Shown: piece by piece, positions 36,326 through 45,805 of the stretch
Layout: each line of letters starts with the position of its first letter
Position numbering within the stretch: the first letter of the stretch is position 1
From: Candidatus Latescibacterota bacterium
GTDB taxonomy: Bacteria > Latescibacterota > UBA2968
Assembly: GCA_965205975.1 (NCBI GenBank)
Contig: OZ242195.1
Coordinates: 32,001-96,000 of the forward strand
Reading direction: 5' to 3'
Length of the DNA stretch: 64,000 nt
The notes under the pieces: model-generated
Database searches by the model: none
Seen by the model: only the letters and a program-made list of their open reading frames with translations
What the model was told of the DNA's origin: nothing
Position numbers and translations under genes: made by a program

Positions 36326-39325
36326 TTAGAACGATGTGCCGAGGCGGACATAGTAGCCGACGCCCTCTGGATCGGTGAATCGGTATGCTACGCCGAGGCG
36401 ATAGCGGATTGCCGAATAGAGGACGTAATAGTCGATGATAATCTCGGTGCCAGCCGAGAGGAGTGGGCGTGACTGCGATGTGTCGCGTCCCCAGGTGTTG
36501 GCGGCGTCGGCGAAGAATGTCCAGAAGATGCGGTTGTAGTGTATCGGCCACGCCCGCAAGCCGCGATTCTCCAATGCGAGGGGGGCGCGGTATTCCAGGG
36601 ATGCGGACCAGGCGTGCTGTCCCGACCGCGTAGATGTATCGTATCCTCGTGCCGGGAAAGTGATCGACTCAGCGCCTCCGAGGTCGAAGTAGGCGTTATC
36701 GCTGCCCGGACCTCGAGATGCGCCAGCACTCGCGCGCAGTGCCAGCACGGGTGCTGCAAATTGGCGTCCTGGAAACCAGAGAGGCAGTCGCGCATAGGTC
36801 CTGACAGTGCCTCTGATGTCATCGACTGAGTGGTCATTTGAGGCGCGGGAGAGGTCGTGGCGTCGCCTGATGCGAACGGAGAACGATGTGCCGGTCGCCT
36901 GTCCCATCTGAAAGGCGGATGAGCGCGCATTGGTGGCAGAGAAACGCACCGATAGTTCGCCCAAGGTGCTGCGCGGATCGTCGAGTCGGAACCGATGGGT
37001 TTTTCGTAGCGCGGAGTCCAGTACTTCTCGATACTCTCGCACGAGTCCGCCGGAGACTGTGAATGAGACACTGCTTCGCGCCTTTGGCTTTACCAGCGTC
37101 ATTGATCCTGAGGCGCGGCGTTCCCGCTCGAGGACGAAGAAGGTTTCGGTTGGAGCATCGGTACTCTCCCGGTATAATCTGGCACTGTCTTCGTCCCAGT
37201 CCTGCGATAGCGATAAACCGAGCGATGGGTTCCCCAGGCCGCGGTACTGGTACGACAGATTGCCTGCTACTCTTTCGTCAGAATACGATCTAACTGGCAG
37301 GAAGATGCGGGCACCAACGGTGTATGCGTGACGGCGCACGAGATCGATCCCTGATGTGCGAGCGCCGATGGATGTACCGAGTACTTCAGTGCGGGGTATT
37401 TCCGTTTCTTCCTTACGATGGGCAGGTACTGCTATGGGGTAATTCCAGATGGGTTCCCAGTAGTAGGGGCGCAGGGTCGCAAGCGGCGAGTAGGCGCGTA
37501 CCTGTCCCTCAGCGCGTCCGCGTGATCTGTTGGCGACCTCGGTAACGGTGTGTGTCGAGTCCGTGCGAGGCGCGGGCGGCGCGGTTGTGGGATTGAATGG
37601 AATCCGTTCGATTTCCCAGCCATCGACGTGGTAAGCCGAGAAGTAGAGCCAGCGACCCGACGGATCGACGCTGGGATACGCCGCCCCTGTGCGGAGATTG
37701 GTTAGCATGACGGGGGGCGAGACTTGCCCGTTATCGACTTTTGCCGCGAGTACATTCGAAATGCCGCTGCGGTCAGATGCCCAGACCAGCCACTGCCCGT
37801 TGGTACTCCAGGAAGGGGCGAAGTCGAGGGCGCGGTCATGGGTTACTTCGCAGACGAGTTTGCCGTGTGCATCGAGGAGGACGATGTCGTGGTGCCCTCG
37901 GGTCCAGCGGGTCGCCGCAATCCATTGTCCATTGGGTGAGATTGCCGGGTACGCCCAGTGGATATCCGGGTTGGGAGGGACCAGCGTCTCAATGGCGCCG
38001 TTGCTGAGATTGACCCGCGCCAGCCCGCTGGTTCCCCCTCCTTCGGCGATAGCGACTGCCCAGCCTGCGGGGCCAACTGATGGGGAGGTTAAGCGGCCGC
38101 GAGTTGTTATCCGTCGTACATCACTGCTCGGCGTTACGCGGTAGAGATCTCTAAATCTGCGATAGCGACCAGCAAATTCATATTGCGCGAATACGATGTC
38201 GCCATCGGGGATGAAGGCAAATGTGGTGCTGCCGTTGGTCAGGGTTACGGTCGATTCACCACTGCCATCTAATCTGGTAGATACCAGTTTGGCATCTGAT
38301 CGTCCATCTGATCGGATGTAGTACAGTGTTTTGCCATCGGGCGATACTTTCGGGTGGTATGCATAGCGGGCACCGCGGGTTATCGCCTGTGGCTCGGTGA
38401 TTGCACCGAATCTGGCGAGGTGGGTGTCCAGTTTTGCCGCCGCCACCCGCTGTGTATCTGCCCACGCTTTCCACTCACTCGTCAAGGTGGTGCCAAAGGC
38501 GCTGCGACCAGCAGCATCGAGGCGGTAGGGGATCCACTGTTTTTCCACTGCTTTGACGAAGGCTATCATGCGGTCGCGCCCGTATTTTTGTATCAGGTGT
38601 TCGAAGAAGAGCGATCCGTAAGCATAAGCACGGGTGCCCCCCGGCCACTGGGGCGAGTTGCCGCTTGTCTGGTCGATGGACTCGAACCTCCCTTCGAGAG
38701 CTGCTGTTCGCAGTACCATTCTGTGGAATGTTCCATGAAGGCGCCCGGTGCCAGTCAGTGCGGATTCGTACCAGACGGCAATGCCTTCACGCACCCACCG
38801 TGGGGTAGCGCGTGCGGGGATTGTAAAAGCCGGGACTGGCAGGCGTTCGACTGGAGAAAATGAGATGTAGGGGGACGGTACGCGTCCAAATGGTTTGTGC
38901 AACAAGCTATAGCGGCCCGGGCGATCAATGTGGAATATGTGCGTCAGTTCGTGTACGATGACGTTTTCCAGCCGATCGTTGTAATAAGCACGTCCGAAAG
39001 AGTCAATCGGTGGGCGGGCGTAGATGGTGATTCGGTTTGAGGGACGCACACTCGCGTATCCATTCGAGACGTCGATGTGATCGGTTAGTACAAGATCGAT
39101 TATTCCGCGGGGCGCAGCGATGAATTGTTCGGATAACCGGGCGTGCGCCCATTCTGCGCGTTCCGCTGCCCTGCGTCCCAGGTCTTCGAGATGTGCGGGA
39201 AACGTGACGCGAAAGTGTTCTGTATCGAGTGTTCGCCACGATTCGTTTGGTGCAATGCGTTGCGCCGATGCAGACGCCGTGCATAAGGCGATGACGGCGA
39301 GTACGATCTTTATTCCTGCACCCAT
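36326..39325 (-). CDS. Outer-membrane protein: zinc-peptidase-like domain + PD40/TolB-like propeller + Omp85-like barrel
   Basis: Signal peptide, HELTH and WVREGIA, SPDG/SPNG repeats, C-terminal YYVRLGTSF beta-signal. Confidence 0.7.
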   Translation of the reverse strand: MGAGIKIVLAVIALCTASASAQRIAPNESWRTLDTEHFRVTFPAHLEDLGRRAAERAEWAHARLSEQFIAAPRGIIDLVLTDHIDVSNGYASVRPSNRITIYARPPIDSFGRAYYNDRLENVIVHELTHIFHIDRPGRYSLLHKPFGRVPSPYISFSPVERLPVPAFTIPARATPRWVREGIAVWYESALTGTGRLHGTFHRMVLRTAALEGRFESIDQTSGNSPQWPGGTRAYAYGSLFFEHLIQKYGRDRMIAFVKAVEKQWIPYRLDAAGRSAFGTTLTSEWKAWADTQRVAAAKLDTHLARFGAITEPQAITRGARYAYHPKVSPDGKTLYYIRSDGRSDAKLVSTRLDGSGESTVTLTNGSTTFAFIPDGDIVFAQYEFAGRYRRFRDLYRVTPSSDVRRITTRGRLTSPSVGPAGWAVAIAEGGGTSGLARVNLSNGAIETLVPPNPDIHWAYPAISPNGQWIAATRWTRGHHDIVLLDAHGKLVCEVTHDRALDFAPSWSTNGQWLVWASDRSGISNVLAAKVDNGQVSPPVMLTNLRTGAAYPSVDPSGRWLYFSAYHVDGWEIERIPFNPTTAPPAPRTDSTHTVTEVANRSRGRAEGQVRAYSPLATLRPYYWEPIWNYPIAVPAHRKEETEIPRTEVLGTSIGARTSGIDLVRRHAYTVGARIFLPVRSYSDERVAGNLSYQYRGLGNPSLGLSLSQDWDEDSARLYRESTDAPTETFFVLERERRASGSMTLVKPKARSSVSFTVSGGLVREYREVLDSALRKTHRFRLDDPRSTLGELSVRFSATNARSSAFQMGQATGTSFSVRIRRRHDLSRASNDHSVDDIRGTVRTYARLPLWFPGRQFAAPVLALRASAGASRGPGSDNAYFDLGGAESITFPARGYDTSTRSGQHAWSASLEYRAPLALENRGLRAWPIHYNRIFWTFFADAANTWGRDTSQSRPLLSAGTEIIIDYYVLYSAIRYRLGVAYRFTDPEGVGYYVRLGTSF

Positions 39326-39338
39326 CCTCAATCTCTTA

Positions 39339-41327
39339 TTAAAAATTGTGGAAACCGTGTCCCGAGCCTGGGAACCAGATGAGGTCTATGACCATTCCGA
39401 CGCCAATGCCGGTGCAATAGCCAATTACTGTGCCGTAGAAAAAGGGTTTTGCGCGTTCGTAGAGGCGGGGGCCGCCAAAATGGACGATGAGGAGTTTGGC
39501 CGCCCAGACCATGAGTATGCTCAGGGCGTAATAGCGCGGTCCCGTTGTGTATTGAAATGCGAGGCCGAGGGGATGCAGCGGCCAGCGGGGAAACCATGTG
39601 CGCAGGCCCGCCAATAATGCGGCTATTCCTGCGCCCAGAAGCCAGATGCTGAGTTTTTGAAGGTCGAAAGATGTTTTTTCGGTTTCGCCCAACGCGCGTC
39701 CAATTCCGCCAAAAATACCCAGTGGGCCTTCCCAGAGGGTCCAGGAACGCAGGAAGAGCGCGGAGTCGCGATAACAATAGTAGATGATGGTGGCGGCACA
39801 GACAAAGAAGCCCATGGTGAATGCGAGAAAGACGACGCTATTCGTCCAGTGTTTGCCTCGTTCTGCGGGCACGTCGTCCATGGCTTTGAAGTGGTGGGGC
39901 AATACCTGCATGGTTTGAATGCGTCCGCCGCCGTAGAATACGCCGCTGTTGACGAGGTGCATTGCGGTCATTTCGCGGGTCGATAGGGTGGCTGTGCCGA
40001 GAATGGAGTTGACAAAGCCCGATCCTTTGATCCACACGGGGAAGAGATATCCAAATCCGCTGGCGGCAATGAATTTGGAGGTTGCAAAATACGCGATGAA
40101 CATCAATAGCAGATGGACAACTGCAAGGGATAGCGACATGCCCAGGGATATGAAAAAGCTACAGAGATATAGCACGGAAATGATCAGGCCGATAACGGCG
40201 AAGCGATAGGAAATGGGGCCATCGCCGCGTTCGCCGTTTAAGGCGGTTTTTGCGACATGTATCAGATGCCGTCGCGCGATCCATACAGACCAGACGACGA
40301 GTACGGTCATTGCACCGTGGCTTTCCAGGTTGATGATTTCTCCGCCTTTGGCAACTTGTCCTTCTAACCCGACTGTGAAACCCGTGCGGTTGATGACGCC
40401 CATTTTGACCACGGCGAAGAGGCCAAAGAACCAGAAGCTGAACAGAAGATCCAGGCTACACAAATATCCGAGGCCAATGACCAGGGGTAAGACGCGCAAA
40501 TAGACGGGCGGAAAGCTCTGTGCAACGGTCATGGATTTGGTGTTGATGCTGTCAAAGAGGGTGATGCGGGGTACGTTGGGGAACCAGAAGTTGATGATGT
40601 TCCATCCAATGATGCCCGCAGTCCAGGCAAAGCCGGCCCAGAAGACGGGGTCTCGGAAAATTTTGGGCAGTGCGCGGCCTTCGCCAAAGCCTTCCATGAG
40701 GTCCATGGGGAAATTGACGAGTGGGTAGGTTAAGCGTTCGGCATCGGCCCATTGGCGATGAAAAATGGCGATGACAAAAAATCCGGCGGCCATGAAGGCG
40801 AAGACGCCAGAGAACCACCATAAGACGGAGGGCAGCCAGCCTGTCCAGGGAACGTATTCGCCCGTGTGCAGGCCAAAGTAGAAGCGGTCCATGATCCAGG
40901 GCGTGGGTTCGGGAAATGCCCAGTGGGGTAGTTCGTCTAAGAACAACTCTGCCCAGCGATTTTCTGGCGATGCAAAAAAATGGGGGGCGGGCAATGCGCC
41001 GATAAAGTATCCCATCCAGCCGACGCCGGGCATCATGCCCACGATCCACATGGTGGCAAAGATGACCATCATTTCATGGCGTGAGAGTACAGATTTGGGC
41101 GAGAATCGGGCGATGAACATGTTGATCACGACCCAGATGAGGAATCCCATGATGAGTGCGACGGGAAAACTGGATTTGACCATCGATCCCGCGTGGAGTA
41201 CGATTTCGAGGACATTTTGAGAATAGGCCATCAGGCCAGCGGTGAGCAAGCCAAGGAGGATGGATCGCCCGGTGATGCGCGGGGATTCGGTCGGTTGAAT
41301 TTGAGGATCGGGTTGTGAAATAGCCAT
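39339..41327 (-). CDS. Polytopic membrane protein (DUF6785-like / OPT-like putative transporter)
   Basis: ITGRSILLG, RQWADAERLTYPL, WPLHPLG; many TM segments. Confidence 0.7.
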   Translation of the reverse strand: MAISQPDPQIQPTESPRITGRSILLGLLTAGLMAYSQNVLEIVLHAGSMVKSSFPVALIMGFLIWVVINMFIARFSPKSVLSRHEMMVIFATMWIVGMMPGVGWMGYFIGALPAPHFFASPENRWAELFLDELPHWAFPEPTPWIMDRFYFGLHTGEYVPWTGWLPSVLWWFSGVFAFMAAGFFVIAIFHRQWADAERLTYPLVNFPMDLMEGFGEGRALPKIFRDPVFWAGFAWTAGIIGWNIINFWFPNVPRITLFDSINTKSMTVAQSFPPVYLRVLPLVIGLGYLCSLDLLFSFWFFGLFAVVKMGVINRTGFTVGLEGQVAKGGEIINLESHGAMTVLVVWSVWIARRHLIHVAKTALNGERGDGPISYRFAVIGLIISVLYLCSFFISLGMSLSLAVVHLLLMFIAYFATSKFIAASGFGYLFPVWIKGSGFVNSILGTATLSTREMTAMHLVNSGVFYGGGRIQTMQVLPHHFKAMDDVPAERGKHWTNSVVFLAFTMGFFVCAATIIYYCYRDSALFLRSWTLWEGPLGIFGGIGRALGETEKTSFDLQKLSIWLLGAGIAALLAGLRTWFPRWPLHPLGLAFQYTTGPRYYALSILMVWAAKLLIVHFGGPRLYERAKPFFYGTVIGYCTGIGVGMVIDLIWFPGSGHGFHNF

Positions 41328-41433
41328 TTTTTACTCCGTATTTAGAATGCGCGTTAATATACGATGCCTGAACATAGGTGTCAAACGCATGGGGTTGTGT
41401 TTGTCTATTTGTGATATTGGGGTTATTATGGGA

Positions 41434-41494
41434 GGGGCTGGGGGTTGGGAACTGGGGGCTGAGGATTTCACACTTCATACTTCACACTCCACAC
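41434..41494. repeat. Two adjacent heptamer tandem arrays (STRR-like)
   Basis: GGGGCTG GGGGTTG GGAACTG GGGGCTG, then TTCACAC TTCATAC TTCACAC TCCACAC. Confidence 0.8.
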
Positions 41495-41500
41495 TTTCTT

Positions 41501-41755
41501 ATGGCACGCAAAGATATTCGAACCATTTCGATTTTTTGTGCGAAATGTAAATCACTTCTGTACAAATACCGCAAGGGTGGGCGAGGCGGATTGGTGAAGT
41601 GCATGGTGGAGCGGATAGCTGAAGATCATACCCGGGGGGATATGAAATGTCCAAAATGCGGGCAGGCGTTTGCGAGGTTCAGGATGTATGGAGGACAGGC
41701 CGCGCACAAAATTATACAGGGAAAGGTTTTTACTAAGGGAATGAGTCGGCGGTAA
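41501..41755 (+). CDS. Small zinc-ribbon protein
   Basis: CAKC...LYKYRKGG.G.LVKC...CPKC; start moved to ATG 41501. Confidence 0.7.
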   Translation: MARKDIRTISIFCAKCKSLLYKYRKGGRGGLVKCMVERIAEDHTRGDMKCPKCGQAFARFRMYGGQAAHKIIQGKVFTKGMSRR

Positions 41756-41776
41756 TAAAAAAGGAGCGAGAACAAG

Positions 41777-42985
41777 ATGGCTAAATTTGTCGCGAATTAC
41801 GATGAAGACAAGGTGCCCGATTACACATTGCCCGATCCGTTGGTTTTTGAAGATGGGACAAAGGTCGAAGATGCGGCTCTATGGGAAAGACGGCGGGCAG
41901 AGATTTTGTCTTTGTTTGAATCTCAGGTGTATGGTAAGATGCCGGGTGCTACGGCGGACATGCATTTTGAGACGCGGTTTGTGAATGGGGATGCGTTGGA
42001 TGGTATTTGCAAGGAAGTTCGGGTTTATTTTTTGAAGGATGCCAAAGAGCCGCGAATGGATATTTTAATTTTTTTGCCAAAAGACGCTGATGGACCCGTG
42101 CCGTTGTTTGTGGGATTGAATTTTGGGGGGAATCATACCGTTCATGCCGATCCCGAAATCGCGTTGTCCGAGCAGTGGATGCGCTCGAAGACGGAGGGAG
42201 TTTTGGATCATCGGGCGACGGAAGCAGCGCGCGGTAAGGCTGCAAGCAGGTGGCCTGTGGGGAGGATTTTGGCAAGGGGCTACGGTTTGGCTACGATTTA
42301 TTGCGGGGATCTGGATCCGGATTATGACGATGGGTTTCAAAATGGTGTGCATCCGCTTTTTGATAGGCAAAACACCGGGGATGACTGGGGGGCTATTGGC
42401 GCGTGGGCGTGGGGATTGATGAGGGCGATGGATTATTTTAAAAGCGATGAGGCGATTGATCACGCGCGGGTTGCTGTGATGGGGCATTCGCGATTGGGCA
42501 AGACGGCGTTGTGGGCTGGCGCGCAAGACGAACGGTTTGCCCTTGTGATTTCAAATAATTCGGGTTGTGGGGGTGCCGCGCTGTCCCGCCGTCGATATGG
42601 CGAAACTGTGGGGCGGATTAATACCAGTTTTCCACACTGGTTTTGCGATAATTTTAAGCGGTATAATGAGTGCGAGGACGATTTGCCCATTGATCAGCAT
42701 TTGCTCATTGCTCTGATGGCGCCTCGTCCGGTTTATGTTGCCAGTGCAGAAGAAGACCGCTGGGCGGATCCAAAGGGGGAGTTTTTGGGCGCGAAACACG
42801 CCGATGCGGTTTATCGTTTGTTGGGAACAGATGGTCTGGGTGCTGAAAATATGCCGCGTGTTCACGAGCCGATTACGAGCCGAATTGGGTATCATATTCG
42901 CGCAGGTGGGCACGCAGTGACGGATTACGATTGGGATCGGTATATGGATTTTGCCGATAAACACTGGGAAAGGAGTTCGGCCTGA
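41777..42985 (+). CDS. CE15 glucuronoyl esterase-like alpha/beta hydrolase
   Basis: [16 protein letters not shown] nucleophile motif, DQH.LIAL.APRP, WADPKGE. Confidence 0.88.
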   Translation: MAKFVANYDEDKVPDYTLPDPLVFEDGTKVEDAALWERRRAEILSLFESQVYGKMPGATADMHFETRFVNGDALDGICKEVRVYFLKDAKEPRMDILIFLPKDADGPVPLFVGLNFGGNHTVHADPEIALSEQWMRSKTEGVLDHRATEAARGKAASRWPVGRILARGYGLATIYCGDLDPDYDDGFQNGVHPLFDRQNTGDDWGAIGAWAWGLMRAMDYFKSDEAIDHARVAVMGHSRLGKTALWAGAQDERFALVISNNSGCGGAALSRRRYGETVGRINTSFPHWFCDNFKRYNECEDDLPIDQHLLIALMAPRPVYVASAEEDRWADPKGEFLGAKHADAVYRLLGTDGLGAENMPRVHEPITSRIGYHIRAGGHAVTDYDWDRYMDFADKHWERSSA

Positions 42986-43008
42986 AATTGGAACAGAAAG
43001 GAATAGCT

Positions 43009-44061
43009 ATGGCAACTCAAACAGAACGATCTTACGCGCTTAAAGCGGTGCCGGGATTTTATTCGACGTATTCGGGTATTCAGATTGCGGCGCAGACGTC
43101 GGATAATGCGAGCGATGAAGATTTGCAATTTATGCAGCAACTCGGCGTGGAATGGATGATGGTCGGCGTTGACGACCAGGAGAACCAGAATGCCGATTAT
43201 TACAGGGCATTGAAAGACAGGTTTGCAAAATACGGTTTGCAGATTTACCGCATTGCCAATCGCAGTGTACACAATATGCCCGAAGTGACCCTGAATTTGC
43301 CTGGGCGCGATGAGAAGGTCGAGGAATTTATCACTTTTATTCGCAATCTGGGAGAGGCGGGTATTCCGTACAATACGTATGCACACATGGGCAATGGGAT
43401 TTGGAGTTCGGGACGCATAACGCGGCGTGGGGGCATGGATGCGCGGACGCTCGATATCGAGAATGCCACTGGGCATTGGGACGGTCAAATTTTTGAAGGC
43501 GAATTGACACATGGACGAGTATATAGCGAGGATGAGCTTTGGGAAAATTACGAGTATATGATCCGTAAGGTCGCGCCTGTTGCCGAAGAATCAGGTGTTT
43601 ATATCGGTATTCATCCCGATGATCCTCCCGTGTATCCTCTGGGCGGGATTCCGCGCTGTATGTTTGGCAATTTTAAGGGGTACAAGCAGGCGATGGATAT
43701 TGCGGATAGTCCAAATATCGGGGTTTGTTTGTGCGTGGGGTGCTGGCTCGAAGGGGGTAAAGAAGGCATGGGCGTGGATGTGATTGAGGCGATTCACTAT
43801 TTTGCCAGCCGCAAGAAGCTGTTTAAGGTTCATTTTCGCAATGTTTCAAATCCGATGCCAGAGCCGTGGGCAGAGACTTTGATGGACGATGGGTACCAGG
43901 ATATGCATGCGGTGATGAAAGCACTGCGAGAGGTGGAATTTGATGGGGCGATTATCCCCGATCATATTCCGCAGATTCTGGGAGGTCATCGCGCGGGGGT
44001 GGCGTATTCGATTGCCTATATGCGCGCGCTGGTTCAGGCTGTGAATAGTGAAGTGGGTTAG
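43009..44061 (+). CDS. Mannonate dehydratase (UxuA) family protein
   Basis: PVAEE.GV..GIHPDDPP, VHFRNV, IIPDH. Confidence 0.85.
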   Translation: MATQTERSYALKAVPGFYSTYSGIQIAAQTSDNASDEDLQFMQQLGVEWMMVGVDDQENQNADYYRALKDRFAKYGLQIYRIANRSVHNMPEVTLNLPGRDEKVEEFITFIRNLGEAGIPYNTYAHMGNGIWSSGRITRRGGMDARTLDIENATGHWDGQIFEGELTHGRVYSEDELWENYEYMIRKVAPVAEESGVYIGIHPDDPPVYPLGGIPRCMFGNFKGYKQAMDIADSPNIGVCLCVGCWLEGGKEGMGVDVIEAIHYFASRKKLFKVHFRNVSNPMPEPWAETLMDDGYQDMHAVMKALREVEFDGAIIPDHIPQILGGHRAGVAYSIAYMRALVQAVNSEVG

Positions 44062-44064
44062 GGG

Positions 44065-45525
44065 TTACGGTCCACGTTTGTCTGTCGCGATGATTGTACC
44101 GGCGGGCAATAAGGCGTCAAGTCGGTTTGGCAGGTTGTCGCCGATGCTGTGCAGCCATGTCATGAGTTGGTCGCGCAGGTCGTTTTCCTCGGTTGATATG
44201 TGGGGTTGTCCACTCAGGTTTTTCATTTCGTGTGGATCGGTTTGCAGGTCGTAAAATTCGTCGATGTCTTGCGGATTCCACACGTATTTGTATCGTTCGT
44301 TTCGAATGGCGCGCACTTCAAAGCTGTAACCGTTGTAGCGGTAATAGGTGCCATAGGCGATTTGCGGCCAGTCTGGAGGACGACTTTGCGTACCGACAAG
44401 AGGGAGAAGGTTGCGCCCTTCGCGCGGTTGGTCGGCGGATGATTCGGCGCGGATGAGAGAGAAGAGGGTTTCGCCGATGTCGAGCAATGAGACATAAGCA
44501 TCCTGGGTTGCAGGTGGTGTGTCGGGCGCGCGAATGATGAGTGGGATGCGCCAGACTTCTTCGTAAAAATAAGCCCCTTTGTCAAATCGGTTGTGCGCGC
44601 CTTCCATGTCGCCGTGATCAGATGTGAAAACAACGGTTGTTGTATCGGCGAGATTGAGTCGGTCTAAGGTGTCGAGAATGCGTCCGATGGCTTCATCGAC
44701 CATTGTGATGTGTGCGTGGGAATAGGCGATAACGGTTTTCCATTCTTCTTCGTCAAGCGGGGAGGTGTCCATGCATCCCCACCAGGGTGTCGAATGGAAA
44801 TAGGGGCGTCCCTCGCAGTTGTCGCTCAGGTTTGTGGGTAGTTCGACGCGCGTGCGGAGTTCTTGAGCGAGTTTGACGTATTCTTCGGGCAGGTGATGTG
44901 GAAAGTGTGGCGGTGCGGAAGATACGGTGAGGAAGAAGGGTTTGTTTTGGCGGCTCTTAGCCCATGTTTCGAGAAATTTTACGCCTTTGTTTATGGTGGG
45001 AAAGGGCTGGATATTTTCTTTTGGTTGCGGTGAATCCCCCCAAAATGGCGCGCGCCCTTTGATGAGGTTTTTGGTTTGATTGGCGTAGCTGGCAACGGTC
45101 TTTTCATAGGTGTGATCATTGGTTTGTGGGTGGTATGGCTTTGAGTGTATTTCGACGTTGGGATCGAAGCCGTGTGCGCCGCGTTTTTCAGGGTTGATAT
45201 GCCCGAGGTGCCACTTTCCGTAGTAACCGACGTGATAGCCGAGGCGCACGGCTTCGTCAATCCAGGTTTTTTGATGGAGTGGCATGGATTCCTGGAGGGA
45301 ATAGCCGACGGATTGGTTGTCGTAAACGCCATTTTGATGCGGCCAGCGAGCCGTGAGCAGTGTGCCCCGGGCGGGTGTGCAGAGAGGGCAAGATGTGAAA
45401 GCATTTGTGAATACCGTGCCTTCAGATGACAGGCGGTCAATATTCGGCGTGGGAATGTCTGCACCGAGAAAGCCAAATGCCCATGCAGGCCATTGGTCAG
45501 TGAGGATAAATAAGACGTTTTGCAT
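44065..45525 (-). CDS. Sulfatase (Cys-type, formylglycine-dependent)
   Basis: NVLFILTDQ, CTPAR, GKWHLG, TSDHG, YDLQTDPHE. Confidence 0.93.
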   Translation of the reverse strand: MQNVLFILTDQWPAWAFGFLGADIPTPNIDRLSSEGTVFTNAFTSCPLCTPARGTLLTARWPHQNGVYDNQSVGYSLQESMPLHQKTWIDEAVRLGYHVGYYGKWHLGHINPEKRGAHGFDPNVEIHSKPYHPQTNDHTYEKTVASYANQTKNLIKGRAPFWGDSPQPKENIQPFPTINKGVKFLETWAKSRQNKPFFLTVSSAPPHFPHHLPEEYVKLAQELRTRVELPTNLSDNCEGRPYFHSTPWWGCMDTSPLDEEEWKTVIAYSHAHITMVDEAIGRILDTLDRLNLADTTTVVFTSDHGDMEGAHNRFDKGAYFYEEVWRIPLIIRAPDTPPATQDAYVSLLDIGETLFSLIRAESSADQPREGRNLLPLVGTQSRPPDWPQIAYGTYYRYNGYSFEVRAIRNERYKYVWNPQDIDEFYDLQTDPHEMKNLSGQPHISTEENDLRDQLMTWLHSIGDNLPNRLDALLPAGTIIATDKRGP

Positions 45526-45541
45526 GATCAGAAGCCTTTCT

Positions 45542-45624
45542 TCTGCGTAAAACGCTCAAATTACTCGCGTTTTTTCTGCGTTTATCTGCGAAAAACGCTC
45601 AAGTTATTCGCGTTTTTTTCTGCG
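45542..45624. repeat. Tandem duplication of about 40 bp built from TCTGCG units
   Basis: 45542-45580 and 45585-45624 are near-identical; related to the CGCAGAT repeats at 10601 and 47697. Confidence 0.8.
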
Positions 45625-45805
45625 GATAGTGCTTTTCGATAATAAACCGATCTTTGCGGTATTTCGCAATCTCTGATTTGCCCTTGATAGATGCACATAT
45701 AGTCACTATATTATATCACCTCTTATTCTCCTCCCCTGAAGTTGTTTTTCCTTCCCCATGGCCTTTCTGTTATCATCACCTTCCAAACAAGGGTAGGAAT
45801 ATATT

